64,000 nt of DNA, from NCBI GenBank assembly GCA_963829925.1, contig CAWHKQ010000016.1, positions 74,213-138,212 on the forward strand. The letters are read 5' to 3'. The DNA comes from an uncultured Acidobacteriota bacterium. Its GTDB lineage: Bacteria > Acidobacteriota > Thermoanaerobaculia > UBA5066 > Gp7-AA6. Below, piece after piece: positions 1-12,843 of the stretch. Numbering within the stretch: the stretch's first letter is position 1; the number at the start of each line of letters is the position of its first letter. The notes under the pieces were generated by a model. That model worked only from the letters and a program-made list of their open reading frames with translations, searched no databases and had not been told where the DNA came from. Both the position numbers and the translations under genes were made by a program.

Positions 1-1
1 C

Positions 2-499
2 GAGGTCAGCGAGGCGCGCGGCAACGTCGATACGCGGATCCGCCGCCTCGAGGAGGGTCGCTGGGACGCGATCGTCCTGGCCCGGGCGGGCCTGGCGCGG
101 CTCAATCGTCTGGACCGGATCTCGGAGGTGTTCGAGGAGTCCGTGCTCCTTCCGGCCCCCGGACAGGGAGCGCTGGCGATCGTCGCGCGTGCCTCCGACG
201 CTCCGACGCTCGCTCTGCTCTCCGGCCAGAATCATGTCGCGTCGCGCGCCGAGGTGGAGGCGGAGCGGTCCTTCCTCGCCGGGCTCGAGGCCGGCTGCCG
301 GGCGCCCGTGGCCGCGCGGGCCCGGGCGACTGAGCAGGGACTCGTGCTCGAAGGCGGCGTCTTTTCGCCGGACGGCTCGCGTGTCCTTCGCGAGGCATCC
401 CGGGGGAGCGCGCGGGACGCGGAGTCGATCGGGCGCGCGCTGGCCGGGCGACTGCTGGCGGCCGGAGCCGCGGACCTGATCGCGGCGGCGCGGGCTTGA
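2..499 (+). CDS. hemC: hydroxymethylbilane synthase (porphobilinogen deaminase), C-terminal part; 5' end outside window
   Basis: Frame 2 from base 2 reads EVSEARGNVDTRIRRLEEGRWDAIVLARAGLARL...LLPAPGQGALAIV...ERSFLAGLEAGCRAPVA, typical HemC domains 2/3. It is followed by hemD, hemB and hemL. Confidence 0.9.
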   Translation, partial: EVSEARGNVDTRIRRLEEGRWDAIVLARAGLARLNRLDRISEVFEESVLLPAPGQGALAIVARASDAPTLALLSGQNHVASRAEVEAERSFLAGLEAGCRAPVAARARATEQGLVLEGGVFSPDGSRVLREASRGSARDAESIGRALAGRLLAAGAADLIAAARA

Positions 500-1244
500 A
501 GCGGGCGCGCGTTCTCGTCGTGCGTTCGGGGACGCGTCCCTTCGCGGACTCGAACCCCGACCCGGCCCTCGAAATCGTCGAAAGAATCACTCATGCCATC
601 GTTTCCGTGGCCCTTCCGGCCGACGCGTTCGCGGACACCGCGGACTACGTCGTGTTCACGAGCGTGACGACCGTCGAGCGGCTGTTCACGCGACGAGGAT
701 GTGCGCGCGCGCTCTGCTGAAATCCCTCGGCGGCGGGCAGGTCGTGGCGGTCGGCAGCGCGACGGGAGCCAGCCTTCGCGAGCGCGGTGTGCCTCCGGCG
801 ATCGTGGCCGCCGGGTCGGGCGAGGCGATCCTCGCCCGGCTCCCGCCCGATCTCGATGGACGCCGCGTCCTGCTGCCCGGCGGCGAGGATGCGGCCACTC
901 GGCTCCCCGAGGCGCTCGTCGCCCGCGGCGCCCGGGTGACCCGTCTCGACGTGTATCGGAAAGTCCCCGCTCCCGCCGACTCCGGCCTCGACCGGGAGAT
1001 CCTCAAGAGGCCGTTCGCCGCCTTCTGCGCCACCTCCCCGGCGGCGGCCGCCTGGCTCTTCGCGGGCCGCGCCCAGCCGGCGGCGGAGCGGCTGCGCGAA
1101 ACGCCGGCCGTCGTGCTCGGACCGTCCACGCGCCGCTCGCTCGAGGCGCTGCAGGTCTCGCGCATCTGCACGACCCCCGAGCCGCGCTTCCCGGCCGCGG
1201 CGGCCCTGCTCAGCCTGCTTGCCACGGCGCCGGGCGGGAAATAG
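496..1244 (+). CDS. hemD: uroporphyrinogen-III synthase, one apparent frameshift
   Basis: ORF 496..720 (MKRARVLVVRSG...VVFTSVTTVERLF) continues in ORF 699..1244 (VVAVGSATGASLRERG...RVLLPGGEDAA...FCATSPAAA). The frame change lies in a GCGCGCGCG run near 700. The TTG start overlaps the hemC stop (TTGA). Confidence 0.8.
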
Positions 1245-1254
1245 TCTGCGCCCC

Positions 1255-3606
<2,352 letters not shown>

Positions 3607-3656
3607 GGGTTCTGGCGACGGAAACGACCTCGTGAGAACTGAGGCGGAGAACGCCT

Positions 3657-5382
3657 CTACTCGCTCCCTGCGCCGGGCGCTCGGAACTGGCGGAAGCGGT
3701 CCTGGCGCGTGCTCCGGATTTCCGCGGCTTCCGACTCCACCCAGGGCACGGGGAACCCCAGGTGGCGGAGCGTGCGGCTCGCGATCTCGAGGGAGGTCTC
3801 GAACTCCTCGGCCACGACCTCGTTCGCTCCCTCGGAGGCGAGGGCCGGGATGTCGGCCAGATAGCGGGTCCTGGCCAGGATGAAGAGGTTCGCGCTGAGG
3901 GCCCGGCAGCGGCGGATCGTCTGACGCGACGCCCGCGGATCCGAGAGCAGGACGATCGCGGCGCGCGCCTTCTCGATGCCGACGCGCTTGAGCACGATGT
4001 CGTTGGTCGAGTCGCCGAACTCGATCGGAAGCGCCAGCTTTCTTCCGCGCTTCACGCGGTCGGGGTCGAGGTCGATGATCCGGAAGGGAACGCCGGCCCG
4101 TTTCAGCACTCTGGCGACGGTCTGGCCCATGTGGCCGAACCCGATCACGATCACGTGATCCGCAACGACGGCCCCGCGGCAGGCCGGGGCGAGGTGCGCG
4201 CCGGCGCGCCGCCGGCGCCGGCGGTGACACGGTGCGCGAACGCGTGGCTGGCCTCCGAGAGGAACGGGGTCAGGAGCATCGTGATGATCGCGGCGGCGAG
4301 AAACGTCTGGTAGACGTCCTGCGTGATCAGCTCGGCGGCAAGGCCCTGGCGCAGGAGCACGAAGGAGAACTCGCCGATCTGCGCGAGCGAGATGCCCACG
4401 ACGAGCGCGACCCGGAAGCCGTGTCCGAGCGCCAGAACGGCGGCTCCTCCCGCGAGCGTCTTCCAGACCAGGATCAGACCGAGGAGCACGGCCACGAGCG
4501 CGGGGCTGTGCCAGCAGGATCCGCGGGTTGAACAGCATGCCGATCGACACGAAGAAGATGGCGTTGAAGGCGTCGCGAAATCCGGCGATGTCGGCCATGG
4601 CCTGGTGCCCGTACTCGGACTCGGAAAGCACGAGACCCGCCAGGAAGGCGCCGAGGGCCGCCGAGAGCCCGGCCCAGGACGTCGCCAGGGCCGAGCCGAG
4701 CACGAGGAACAGGACCGCGACGACGAAGATCTCCTTCTGGCGGGTCCCGGCGAGCGCCCCGATGAACCGCGGCACCAGGAATCGGGCCGCGACCACGAGC
4801 CCGAGCGCCGTCAGCGCCGTTTTCCCGATGGCCAGGAGCAAGGGGAGGAGGCCCGCGCCTTCCCGCCCGGCCAGGAACTGCAACGACAGGAGCATCGGGA
4901 CGACCGCGAGATCCTGCAGGATCAGGATGCCGATCAGGAACCTGCCGTGCGGGGAATCGAGCTCCCGGCGGTCCGACAGGAGCTTCAGGACGATCGCCGT
5001 CGAGGACAGCGCGACGAGGTAGCCGAAGAAGAGGCTCCGGCCCGGGCGGAACGCCGAGAGCCGCCCCGACGGGGAAGACGATCGCGATCGTGCCGAACAC
5101 CTGGATCGGGCCCGCCACCCAGACGATCCGCCCCAGCCGCCGCAGGTTCCCGAGCGAGAGCTCGAGGCCCACCGTGAAGAGAAGCAGCACGACGCCGAGC
5201 TCGGCGAGCGTCTCGACGACGTGGACGTCCTCGACGAGCGCGAGACCGAAGGGCCCGAGCAGGGCTCCCGCCAGGAGGAAACCGATGAGCGGAGGCTGAC
5301 GCAGCATGTGGAGGAGGTACGCGGCGCCGAGGGCCGCGAGGAAGATCAGCGCCAGGGGCCCGAGAAACGCGGGAGCCTCCAC
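3657..5382 (-). CDS. CPA2 monovalent cation:proton antiporter with C-terminal TrkA-N/RCK domain (KefB/KefC-like), at least 3 apparent frameshifts
   Basis: Minus-strand ORFs 4474..5382 ([19 protein letters not shown]...[16 protein letters not shown]), 3657..4895 and 4151..4495 (TM segments [31 protein letters not shown]) stitch into one protein. The C-terminus carries a Rossmann motif, [30 protein letters not shown]. Confidence 0.8.
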
Positions 5383-5433
5383 GCGCCGATTATGCGCGAT
5401 CCGGGATCTCTGGTAGCCTCTCGCCGCCCACCT

Positions 5434-6972
5434 ATGGCTTCAGGATCCAGAACCGCCGCGCCCGCAGGACGAGAGTGGTTCGGCCATCCGCGCGGGCTCT
5501 CCACGCTTTTCTTCACCGAGATGTGGGAGCGGTTCAGCTACTACGGGATGCGCGGCATCCTGATCCTCTTCCTCGTGGCCGCCGCGGAGACGGGCGGCTT
5601 CGGGATGACCGACCAGAAGGCCGCGGCGATCTACGGGCTCTACACGGCCGGCGTTTATCTCTTCGCTCTCCCGGGAGGATGGATCGCCGACCGGATCCTC
5701 GGCCAGCGCAACGCCGTGTTCCTGGGGGGCTGCATCATCGCGGCCGGCCACTTCAGCATGGCGATTCCGACGGTCGCGAGCTTCTACATCGGGCTCGCCC
5801 TGATCGTCTGCGGCACCGGCCTTCTGAAGCCCAACGTGAGCGCCATGGTGGGAGACCTGTATCCGGAGGGGGGAGCCCGGCGCGACGCCGGCTTCTCTGT
5901 CTTCTACGCCGGCATCAACACGGGCGCGTTCATCGGCCCGCTCATCTGCGGGTTCCTGGGCGAAAACGTCAACTGGCACATCGGGTTCGGCGCGGCCGGT
6001 GTGGGTATGGTGCTCGGGCTCATCCAGTACCGGCTCGGCGCCCGATACCTCGGGGACGCGGGGCAGCGGCGGACCGAGGGAGACCGTTCCGATGCGAAGT
6101 CGAGCGCGGTGCGAGGGCCTCCTGATCGCTCTCGGGAGCCTGGCCGCCGCCGCCGGCCTCGCCGCGCGTCCTCCAGAGCGCCGGCGTCCTGCATCTCAGT
6201 CTCCAGGGGATCGCCCGGTCCACGGGCGTCGTGATCGTGGCCATCGTGGTCGGCTACTTCGCTCTGGTGCTGTCGTCCAAGCGGCTGACGGCTCGCCGAG
6301 AAGAAGCGCGTGGTCGTGATCTTCATCTTCTTCGTGGCCTCGTCTCTCTTCTGGGCGGGATACGAGCAGGCGGGCTCCTCGTTCAACCTCTTCGCCTCGC
6401 GGCTGACGGACCGGATGATCGGCGCCTGGGAGATGCCGGCCTCCTGGCTCCAGTCGGTGCCGCCGATCTGCGTGATCCTGCTGTCGCCGGTGTTCGCCTG
6501 GGTCTGGCTCCGCCTCGGCTCGAAGGAGCCCTCGATGCCGGCCAAGCTCGGCCTGGGTCTGGTGCTCCTGGCGATCGGGCTCTTCGTGATGGTCGTCGCC
6601 GCCGTGCAGACCCGCGGGGGCACGATCAAGGTGGCGCCCTGGTGGCTGATCCTGACGTACTTCATCCACACGGTCGGAGAGCTCTGCCTTTCGCCGGTCG
6701 GGCTTTCCAGCGTGACGAAGCTCGCTCCCCGCCGCCTGGTGGGACAGATGATGGGCACCTTCTTCATGGGCAACGCGCTCGGCAATCTCATCGCCGGACT
6801 GACGGCCGGGAGCTTCTCCACGATGCCCCTGCCCGTCCTCTTCGGCACCATCGCCAAGGTCACCGGGGTCGCGGGCCTCCTCCTCCTGGTGTTCTCGAAG
6901 CCGATCGTGCGCCTGATCGGGAAGCTGCCGAGCCAGAAGCCGGGGCCGGTCGTGACGGAAGTGCCCGCCTAG
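5434..6972 (+). CDS. proton-dependent oligopeptide transporter (POT/PTR2 family di/tripeptide permease), frameshifted mid-gene
   Basis: PTR2 signature [22 protein letters not shown] and [10 protein letters not shown] from ATG 5434 inside ORF 5221..6234. The C-terminal half is ORF 6310..6972 ([15 protein letters not shown]...). Frame changes lie between about 6070 and 6310. Confidence 0.85.
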
Positions 6973-7209
6973 GCGTTCCTCGGGGTTTTCCGGGTTCGAC
7001 TAGACTTCCCCCGTGACACAGACTGCCGCGGAATCCGGACCTGACGGTGGCCCGCATCGACCAGCCCCGCGGCGACGGGATGGGGCGCGCGCTCGTCGTC
7101 GAGAGCAGGCTCTGGCAGGTCTCGGTTCTGCTGGACGATCCGGGCGACGTCCAGGAGCTGATCGACGAGCTCCGAAGCGGTCTGGAATGGCTCGAAGAGC
7201 CCCCGACAT
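6969..7209 (-). CDS. possible small protein of unknown function (weak call)
   Basis: The tail of minus ORF 6969..8639 reads LFEPFQTASELVDQLLDVARIVQQNRDLPEPALDDERAPHPVAAGLVDAGH with strongly G/C-biased third codon positions. The only ATG (7209) is in a neighbouring frame, so one indel must be assumed. No recognisable family. Confidence 0.2.
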
Positions 7210-7214
7210 AGCGA

Positions 7215-9116
7215 ATGGACATCCGCCGCACGACAACGGAGAGCAGTCTCGACGCCATACGGGTCGTGCGGCCCTCGCCTGAGCGGCGCGCCGACGCCCT
7301 CGACCCCGGCCGAGCTGAAGGCCGTCTTCGACGGCGCCCTGGACGCGATCCTGATCGCCGACGACGAGGGCAAGTACGTCGAGGCCAACCCGGCGGCGTC
7401 GGCGCTCTTCGGCATGCCCCGCGAGGAGATCCTCGGAAGGAACGTGGGGGACTTCTGCCCCCCGGGATTCGACTTCGCCGCGGCCTGGAAGGAGTTCCTC
7501 CGCGCGGGCCAGAGTCGCGGGGAGCTGCTTCTCACGTTTCCGGGAAGGCCCGCCCGCACGGTCGAGTTCGTCGCGACCGCCTCGATCGCGCCCTCGAGGC
7601 ACCTTTCGGTCCTTCGGGACATCACGGAGCGGCGCAAGGCGGAGGCGGAGCTCGCTGCGCCGAGCAGGAGGAGCTCCGCGACTTCGTCGACAACGCGCCC
7701 GTCGGCCTGCATTGGGTCGACGCCAACGGTCGGGTGATCTGGGTCAACCAGGAGGAGCTCGACATGCTCGGGTACACCCGTGAGGAGTACCTTGGCCGTC
7801 ACATCTCCGAGTTCCACGCCGACCCGGACGTCATCGACGACATCCTCCGCCGCCTGGCGGCCGGGGAGACGCTCAAGCCATACGACGCTCGTGTCCGCTG
7901 CAAAGACGGGAGCATCCGCGACGTTCTGATCAGCTCGAACGTCAAGTGGGACGACGGACGATTCGCGCACACGCGCTGTTTCACGCGCGACGTCACCGAG
8001 CGCCGCAAATCCCAGGAGGCGGTCCTCGAGGCCCAGCGCCAGCTTTCGATGGCCCTGACCGCGGCGCGGATGGGCACGTTCAGCTGGAACGTGAAGACCG
8101 GCGGCCTCGACTGGTCGGACAACCTCGAGGAGATCCACGGAATGGCTCCGGGAACGTTTCAGGGAACGTACGAGTCGTTCCTCCACGCCGTCCATCCGGA
8201 GGACCGCGAGATGGTCGATGCCGGCGTGCAACAGGCGGTGGCCGACGGCTCGACCTACGACGTCGAATTCCGCGTCCCGTCTGCCGACGGAGGCACGCGC
8301 TGGGTTGCGGGCTACGGTCAGGTCTTCGTGGATGCGGAGGGCAAGCCGGCGCGCATGATCGGAATCGGCCGCGACGTCACCGAGGGGCGCCGAGCGGCCG
8401 AGGAACTCGCGAAGGCGTACGAGGAGGCGCAGGAGGCCCTCAAGATCCGCGACGCCTTCCTCTCGATTGCAGGTCACGAGCTTCGAACGCCGCTGGGAGC
8501 TCTCGGCCTGACGCTTCACAACCTCGCCAGGCTTCTGGGGCAGGCCCCGGACGAAGCCACGACCCGGGCCCTCCAGACGCTGCAGCGGCAGGTCGACCGG
8601 CTGACCCGCTTGACCGAAGATCTTCTGGAGGTCGGGCAAATCCGGGCCGGGAAGCTCGTCCTCGAGCCGGCGCCGATGGACCTCGTCGCTCTCGTCGAGG
8701 AAGTCGTGGATCGTTTTCGAGACGCCGCCCAGGCGGCGGGCTCGACGCTCGAGCTGACGTCGACGAACTCCGTAAACGGAAACTGGGATTCTTCCCGGCT
8801 CGACCAGGTCGTGACGAATCTACTCTCCAACGCGCTGAAGTTCGGGAAGGGCAAACCCATCGAGGTTCGGGTGGGGCGGGAAGGCGGCTTGGCCGTGGTG
8901 TCCGTTCGCGACGAGGGGATTGGAATCTCCTCCGAGGACCAGACGCGCATCTTCGAGCGATTCGAACGCGGCTCCGCAGGGATGAACTACCGCGGTCTCG
9001 GCCTGGGCCTGTGGATTGCGGGCCAGATCGTCGACGGACACGAAGGCCGAATTCTCGTGGACAGCGCGCCTGGACAGGGCGCGACGTTCCGGGTCGAGCT
9101 GCCGCTCGGCGCCTGA
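7215..9116 (+). CDS. multi-PAS sensor histidine kinase, about 2 apparent frameshifts
   Basis: Three PAS-like segments: AILIADDEGKYVEANPAASALFGMPREEILGRN (ORF 7414..7737), VGLHWVDANGRVIWVNQEELDMLGYTREEYLGR, and GTFSWNVKTGGLDWSDNLEEIHG. These are followed by the H-box FLSIAGHELRTPL and HATPase boxes (NLLSNALKF, DEGIGI, GLGLGLWI). Frame changes lie near 7300 and 7650. The start is ATG 7215 or GTG 7266. Confidence 0.85.
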   Translation: MDIRRTTTESSLDAIRVVRPSPERRADALDPGRAEGRLRRRPGRDPDRRRRGQVRRGQPGGVGALRHAPRGDPRKERGGLLPPGIRLRRGLEGVPPRGPESRGAASHVSGKARPHGRVRRDRLDRALEAPFGPSGHHGAAQGGGGARCAEQEELRDFVDNAPVGLHWVDANGRVIWVNQEELDMLGYTREEYLGRHISEFHADPDVIDDILRRLAAGETLKPYDARVRCKDGSIRDVLISSNVKWDDGRFAHTRCFTRDVTERRKSQEAVLEAQRQLSMALTAARMGTFSWNVKTGGLDWSDNLEEIHGMAPGTFQGTYESFLHAVHPEDREMVDAGVQQAVADGSTYDVEFRVPSADGGTRWVAGYGQVFVDAEGKPARMIGIGRDVTEGRRAAEELAKAYEEAQEALKIRDAFLSIAGHELRTPLGALGLTLHNLARLLGQAPDEATTRALQTLQRQVDRLTRLTEDLLEVGQIRAGKLVLEPAPMDLVALVEEVVDRFRDAAQAAGSTLELTSTNSVNGNWDSSRLDQVVTNLLSNALKFGKGKPIEVRVGREGGLAVVSVRDEGIGISSEDQTRIFERFERGSAGMNYRGLGLGLWIAGQIVDGHEGRILVDSAPGQGATFRVELPLGA

Positions 9117-9211
9117 TCGGGGTCGAGGCCCCCGCGGCGGCTTTTCGGCTTTTTCTTGCGGCGAAGGACCCGGCCCTAAAATATCTGGACTCCTCGTCCG
9201 TCTACAGACGT

Positions 9212-9798
9212 GTGAGGACGCAACTCGCCACCGTCGACAGAGTGCAAGACCAAGAGGACCGGCGGATCTCCGAGACCATCGTCCGTGAGGAGGCGCGGCT
9301 CCGAAACTTCATCCGAAAGCGCGTTCCCGACCGGCTCGACGTCGAGGACATTCTTCAGGACGTCTTCTTCGAGCTCGTCGAGGCTCAGCGGCTGTCGAAG
9401 CCGATCGACCAGATCGGCGCGTGGCTGTTCCGGGTGGCCCGGAACCGCATCACGGACCTGTTCCGCAGGAAGAAGCCCGAGGCCTCCGGCGGGCCCGGCG
9501 AGCGGCGGCGGAAGCCGAAGGAGAGCACTGGGAGGACATGCTGCCCTCTCCCGACGCCGGGCCGGACGCCCGGTACGCCCGACGGTTCTCCTGGAAGAGC
9601 TCGCGGACGCCCTGGCCGAGCTTCCCGAGGAGCAACGCGCCGTTTTTCTGGCGCACGAGGTCGAGGGCCGCAGCTTCCAGGAGCTCGCTGCCGAGACGGG
9701 TCTCCGCGTCAACACGCTTCTTTCTCGCAAGCGCTACGCGGTCCTCCACCTGCGCAGCCGACTGCGGATCGATCTACGCCGACTTCATGAAAGGTTGA
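9212..9798 (+). CDS. ECF-type RNA polymerase sigma-70 family factor, 2-3 apparent frameshifts
   Basis: Region 2 (DVEDILQDVFFELVEA...IGAWLFRVARNRITDLFRR) is in frame 2. The region 4 HTH (LPEEQRAVFLAHEVEGRSFQELAAETGLRVNTLLSRKRYAVLHLR) is in frame 0. The terminal IYADFMKG plus stop at 9798 is in frame 1. Candidate GTG starts at 9212 or 9242. Confidence 0.8.
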
Positions 9799-9801
9799 AC
9801 G

Positions 9802-10140
9802 ATGGCAATTCTCTGGTTCGCGAAGGCGCTTCAGATTCTCATCCTTCTTCTGATTCTCGTCGCCGGTTTCGGCCAGGCGGTCCTCCAGCTCTGGAACTGG
9901 CTCATGCCGGACGATCTTCGGGCTGCCCGCGATCACGTTTCTGGCAGGCGGTCGGGACTGATGGCGCTCTGCTGGATTCTTTTCGGCGGGCTGCGCGGGG
10001 GCCGGACGTTCCAGAGAGGGTGGCGGCACAGCTGGGAGGGCCGCTGGCAGCGGATGACCCCCGAAGAGCGCGAGCGGTTCCGCAAGGGTTTCGAGGGCCG
10101 GTGCGGACCGCCGGGGCGCGGGACGGAAGCCCGGGCCTGA
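9802..10140 (+). CDS. small 2-TM membrane protein adjacent to the ECF sigma factor (possible sigma partner; function unknown)
   Basis: ORF 9802..10140 starts 4 nt after the sigma stop. It has a TM helix ILILLLILVAGFG, a W-rich LWNWLMP, and a second hydrophobic stretch recovered only by a local frame hop (FWQAVG / LMALCWILFGG). The C-terminal part reads RWQRMTPEERERFRKG. Confidence 0.6.
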   Translation: MAILWFAKALQILILLLILVAGFGQAVLQLWNWLMPDDLRAARDHVSGRRSGLMALCWILFGGLRGGRTFQRGWRHSWEGRWQRMTPEERERFRKGFEGRCGPPGRGTEARA

Positions 10141-10385
10141 CGAGGCGGCGGCCCTCGTCGTTCTTCTCGGGTCTCCTGATCTTGCGGCTCGGCCCTCATC
10201 CAAAGCATGTCGGACCCCGAGGTGTTCTACTCGTTCGGTCCTCGAGGGATGAGCGGGACGTCCAGGCGATGAGGTCGGAACCCTCTGCCCTGAAAGCCTT
10301 CGCGCGGGTCGGGTCCCTCTGCGTCGAGATGACTCCCGGCAACTACCAGGTCATTGAGCAGGTCGATGCGGTTGAAAGGACGATT

Positions 10386-11282
10386 TCATTCGGTCAATAC
10401 GCAAGCGCTCCGTGGGCGCGACCAACTATCCCCTGAAATGTTGTCCACGCTCGCGCCGTATGAACTCCACCAACTCCCGGAGTCAGAGGTGAATTGAAGG
10501 GCGATATCCCCATACGATCCGTCGTTCGGAATTCGGACCTGCATCATCGAGTATGGAGGCACGCTGATCTCGAAGGACGACACCGTTGCGGCGACGATGG
10601 AAACTGTAAACGTGTGAGCGACGCCGTCCGGGTTGACAACTCCAGCATTTGTTCGAAATCCCTGATCCGAACGCAGGCCCAGCGCCGTGGTGCGGGCTCC
10701 TGTCGGAGCGTCTTGCAGAGGTACGGCCGGGAACATTTGCGAGAGTGTCCCACCCGCTGAGGTCGTCTGATAGAGACGCGCCGAGCCGTCAAGGCTGGCG
10801 GTGCTGTCGAGATTCCCGGCGCTATCGACGCCGATGACGAGGATAGAGCCGATTCCCGTGATGCCAAGGCCCGTCCCAAAGAAGTCATGCCAGTAAACCA
10901 TGAACCTCGCGGGTATCGTGTAGACGAGAGGCACTCCGTTCGCGTTGTTCTTGCCCTGCTCCAGGAATAAGAAGAACACACGTTGGGGCACCGACTTGTT
11001 ATTGATGATCATGACATCGGAGTTCCATCCGGGGATCTTGCCAAGCACGGGGAAGAGAAGGTCCGGTGATGCCGAGTCCAGGTTCAACACCTTCTGGCGC
11101 AGGCTCACCTTCATCACGTCGAGCATCGCGGCAACGCTCGGTCCGGGGTGAGGGTGGGCGAAAGTGCCTTGCTGAACGGCGAGCTGTTGCCCGGTCGCTG
11201 TGAGCCGGACGCTCAGCAGGAGGATCGCGAGCTTCAGGACTTGCCGCAAGGGGATTCCAGGCCGGTGAGTCTCGCGGTCCAT
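10386..11282 (-). CDS. secreted protein of unknown function (orphan), intact
   Basis: Within ORF 10386..11501; the likely start is MDRETHRPGIPLRQVLKLAILLLSVRLTATGQQ (signal-peptide-like) at 11282. The sequence is Ser/Thr/Gly/Val-rich and looks beta-rich (GFRTNAGVVNPDGVAHTFTVSIVAATVSSFEISVPPYSMMQVRIP). GC is visibly lower than the flanks. No family recognised. Confidence 0.7.
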   Translation of the reverse strand: MDRETHRPGIPLRQVLKLAILLLSVRLTATGQQLAVQQGTFAHPHPGPSVAAMLDVMKVSLRQKVLNLDSASPDLLFPVLGKIPGWNSDVMIINNKSVPQRVFFLFLEQGKNNANGVPLVYTIPARFMVYWHDFFGTGLGITGIGSILVIGVDSAGNLDSTASLDGSARLYQTTSAGGTLSQMFPAVPLQDAPTGARTTALGLRSDQGFRTNAGVVNPDGVAHTFTVSIVAATVSSFEISVPPYSMMQVRIPNDGSYGDIALQFTSDSGSWWSSYGASVDNISGDSWSRPRSACVLTE

Positions 11283-11652
11283 AGCGATCTCCGCTTTCTC
11301 GCCGGATCTCCGGCGACTATTGGCAGGCAGGCTTCCCGGTTGCCGCTGGACGGCCTGCTTCCGATCTCTTGGCTGTAAACGAAAGGGGTCTGGTACCGAG
11401 TGTACAGCAGCCGTGCGCTCCGCCAGAATTCCGGTGTCGGTTGCCTGCTTGCTGCTTGCTACGCTTGCCTGCGAGATTGTGAGATCCCCGGAGCATCCCA
11501 ATACCCTGGAGCACCCAGGGCACTCTGAGAGTCAATCCCCTGCCTGCCTTGCAACCGTCGGCCGGGGTCAGACGCAGGCGGAGCGGGGGCCGGGATCGGA
11601 CCGGAGCCGCGGAGGTGCGAAATCGACGGTGAGGAACCCTGGCAGATTCAAT

Positions 11653-11729
11653 TGGTGGGCCGTCTGGGACTCGAACCCAGGACCACCGGCTTAAAAGGCC
11701 GATGCTCTAACCAACTGAGCTAACGGCCC
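11653..11729 (-). tRNA. tRNA-Lys (anticodon UUU), CCA encoded
   Basis: The reverse complement reads GGGCCGTTAGCTCAGTTGGTTAGAGCATCGGCCTTTTAAGCCGGTGGTCCTGGGTTCGAGTCCCAGACGGCCCACCA. It has a 7-bp acceptor stem GGGCCGT/ACGGCCC, anticodon loop CTTTTAA and a T-loop GGTTCGAGTCC. Confidence 0.95.
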
Positions 11730-11810
11730 GAGCAGTTGGGAGTCCGAAGATAACTCACGTCGACTCGGTGGGGCTCAGGCCGGGTGCGCCATCTCCCCGA
11801 TTGCGTCGGG

Positions 11811-12815
11811 CTATCCCCGTGGCTCGCCACCTCGAACGCCGCGCGTGGCACGGGAGATCAGGCGGGCGTCGAGCCAGCTCGAGAAGCGCTCTGCCCGCCG
11901 CCGTCCGCTCAGCCGGACGAGGCGGCGCAGCCGTCGAAACCCCAGCCGCCGGTGTTTGGCGCCAAACCGGACGACGTGGTCGTCGAAACTCAGGTTCCAT
12001 TTCCGATGGAAGTGCTGCTCCGACGCGAGATTCCAGGCGTCGCTCCAGCGGAGGGTGAAGTACGGAATGTCGGTGAACGCGAGGGGAGGGGGCGCCTGGT
12101 AGGTCACCAGCGCCCCGGGCTCGAAGAAAATGGAACCTCCGGCTTTGCGTACGGCGAGGCTGAAGTCGAGATGCTCGGACGTCGAGAGGAGGGCTTCATC
12201 GAAGGGGCCGATCCGATCGAACAACGAGCGGCGGGCAAACACACAGTGGAATTCGGCGAGCTCGGTGGGCTCCCGTACGAGCTGGCCGCGGACCGAAGCC
12301 AGGGGAGCGCTCTCCAGGCGCTGCACCTCTTTCAGCCGTCTCCGGCCGCCCTCCTCGACAATGGTCGTCAGGCCGCCCGCCACGTGAACCCGGGTGTGCA
12401 CCGGCCGGCCGATACAGATCATCGGGGTGACGACGTCGGCTCCCGTCGCTTCGGCGCAGTCGAGAAGGGCATCCAGCCAGCCCGGCGCGAAGATGACGTC
12501 GTTGTCCGCGAGGACGAGGTACGGCGTCGTGGCACGGGCCAGGACGAGGTTCCGCGCGTGGTTCGGGGAGACATGGTGCGGCCGTTGAATGAGCTGCACG
12601 CCGCGCGCCGAGACCTGGGCTTCCAGATAACGGCGGACATGGCGCGGCGAGCCCGCGTCGACGTAAATCAAGTCGAACGGGACGGAGGTCGAGGCGTACA
12701 GCGATTCCAGAGATTCGCGAGTGAGGCTGAACCGTTCGCGCTGGACGACGCCGATCGTCACCCGCGGCGGTCCCGGAGAGGGGTTCACAGCCTTCCCCAT
12801 TCCGCTCGCCGACAT
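11811..12815 (-). CDS. family 2 glycosyltransferase, intact
   Basis: ORF 11811..12815 (334 aa): VTIGVVQRERFSLTRESLESLYASTSVPFDLIYVDAGSP...ARNLVLARATTPYLVLADNDVIFAPGWLDALL, a GT-A fold with a DxD-like ADND. Confidence 0.85.
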   Translation of the reverse strand: MSASGMGKAVNPSPGPPRVTIGVVQRERFSLTRESLESLYASTSVPFDLIYVDAGSPRHVRRYLEAQVSARGVQLIQRPHHVSPNHARNLVLARATTPYLVLADNDVIFAPGWLDALLDCAEATGADVVTPMICIGRPVHTRVHVAGGLTTIVEEGGRRRLKEVQRLESAPLASVRGQLVREPTELAEFHCVFARRSLFDRIGPFDEALLSTSEHLDFSLAVRKAGGSIFFEPGALVTYQAPPPLAFTDIPYFTLRWSDAWNLASEQHFHRKWNLSFDDHVVRFGAKHRRLGFRRLRRLVRLSGRRRAERFSSWLDARLISRATRGVRGGEPRG

Positions 12816-12843
12816 CGGGCCTCACCTTCGAGCTCCAACACGA

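Noticed and set aside
10207-10436. A possible small plus-strand gene: MSDPEVFYSFGPRG... then, after one frame change, ...SALKAFARVGSLCVEMTPGNYQVIEQVDAVERTISFGQYASAPWARPTIP.
   Set aside because: It needs an assumed indel, overlaps the 3' end of the convergent orphan gene by about 50 nt, and matches no family I recognise. The evidence is insufficient to call it.
11320-11694. ORF 11320..11694(+), running into the tRNA-Lys gene.
   Set aside because: It overlaps the tRNA on the opposite strand, has no recognisable product, and lies in an otherwise non-coding spacer.
11283-11810. A mobile element or integrase-type genomic island boundary at tRNA-Lys. The spacer contains TGCTTGC-type short repeats at about 11440-11475 and a CCCTGG-AGCAC-CCAGGG palindrome at about 11504-11520.
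   Set aside because: There is no integrase, transposase or excisionase ORF, and I saw no direct repeat of the tRNA 3' end in the window. I report only a composition-based islet, not a mobile element.
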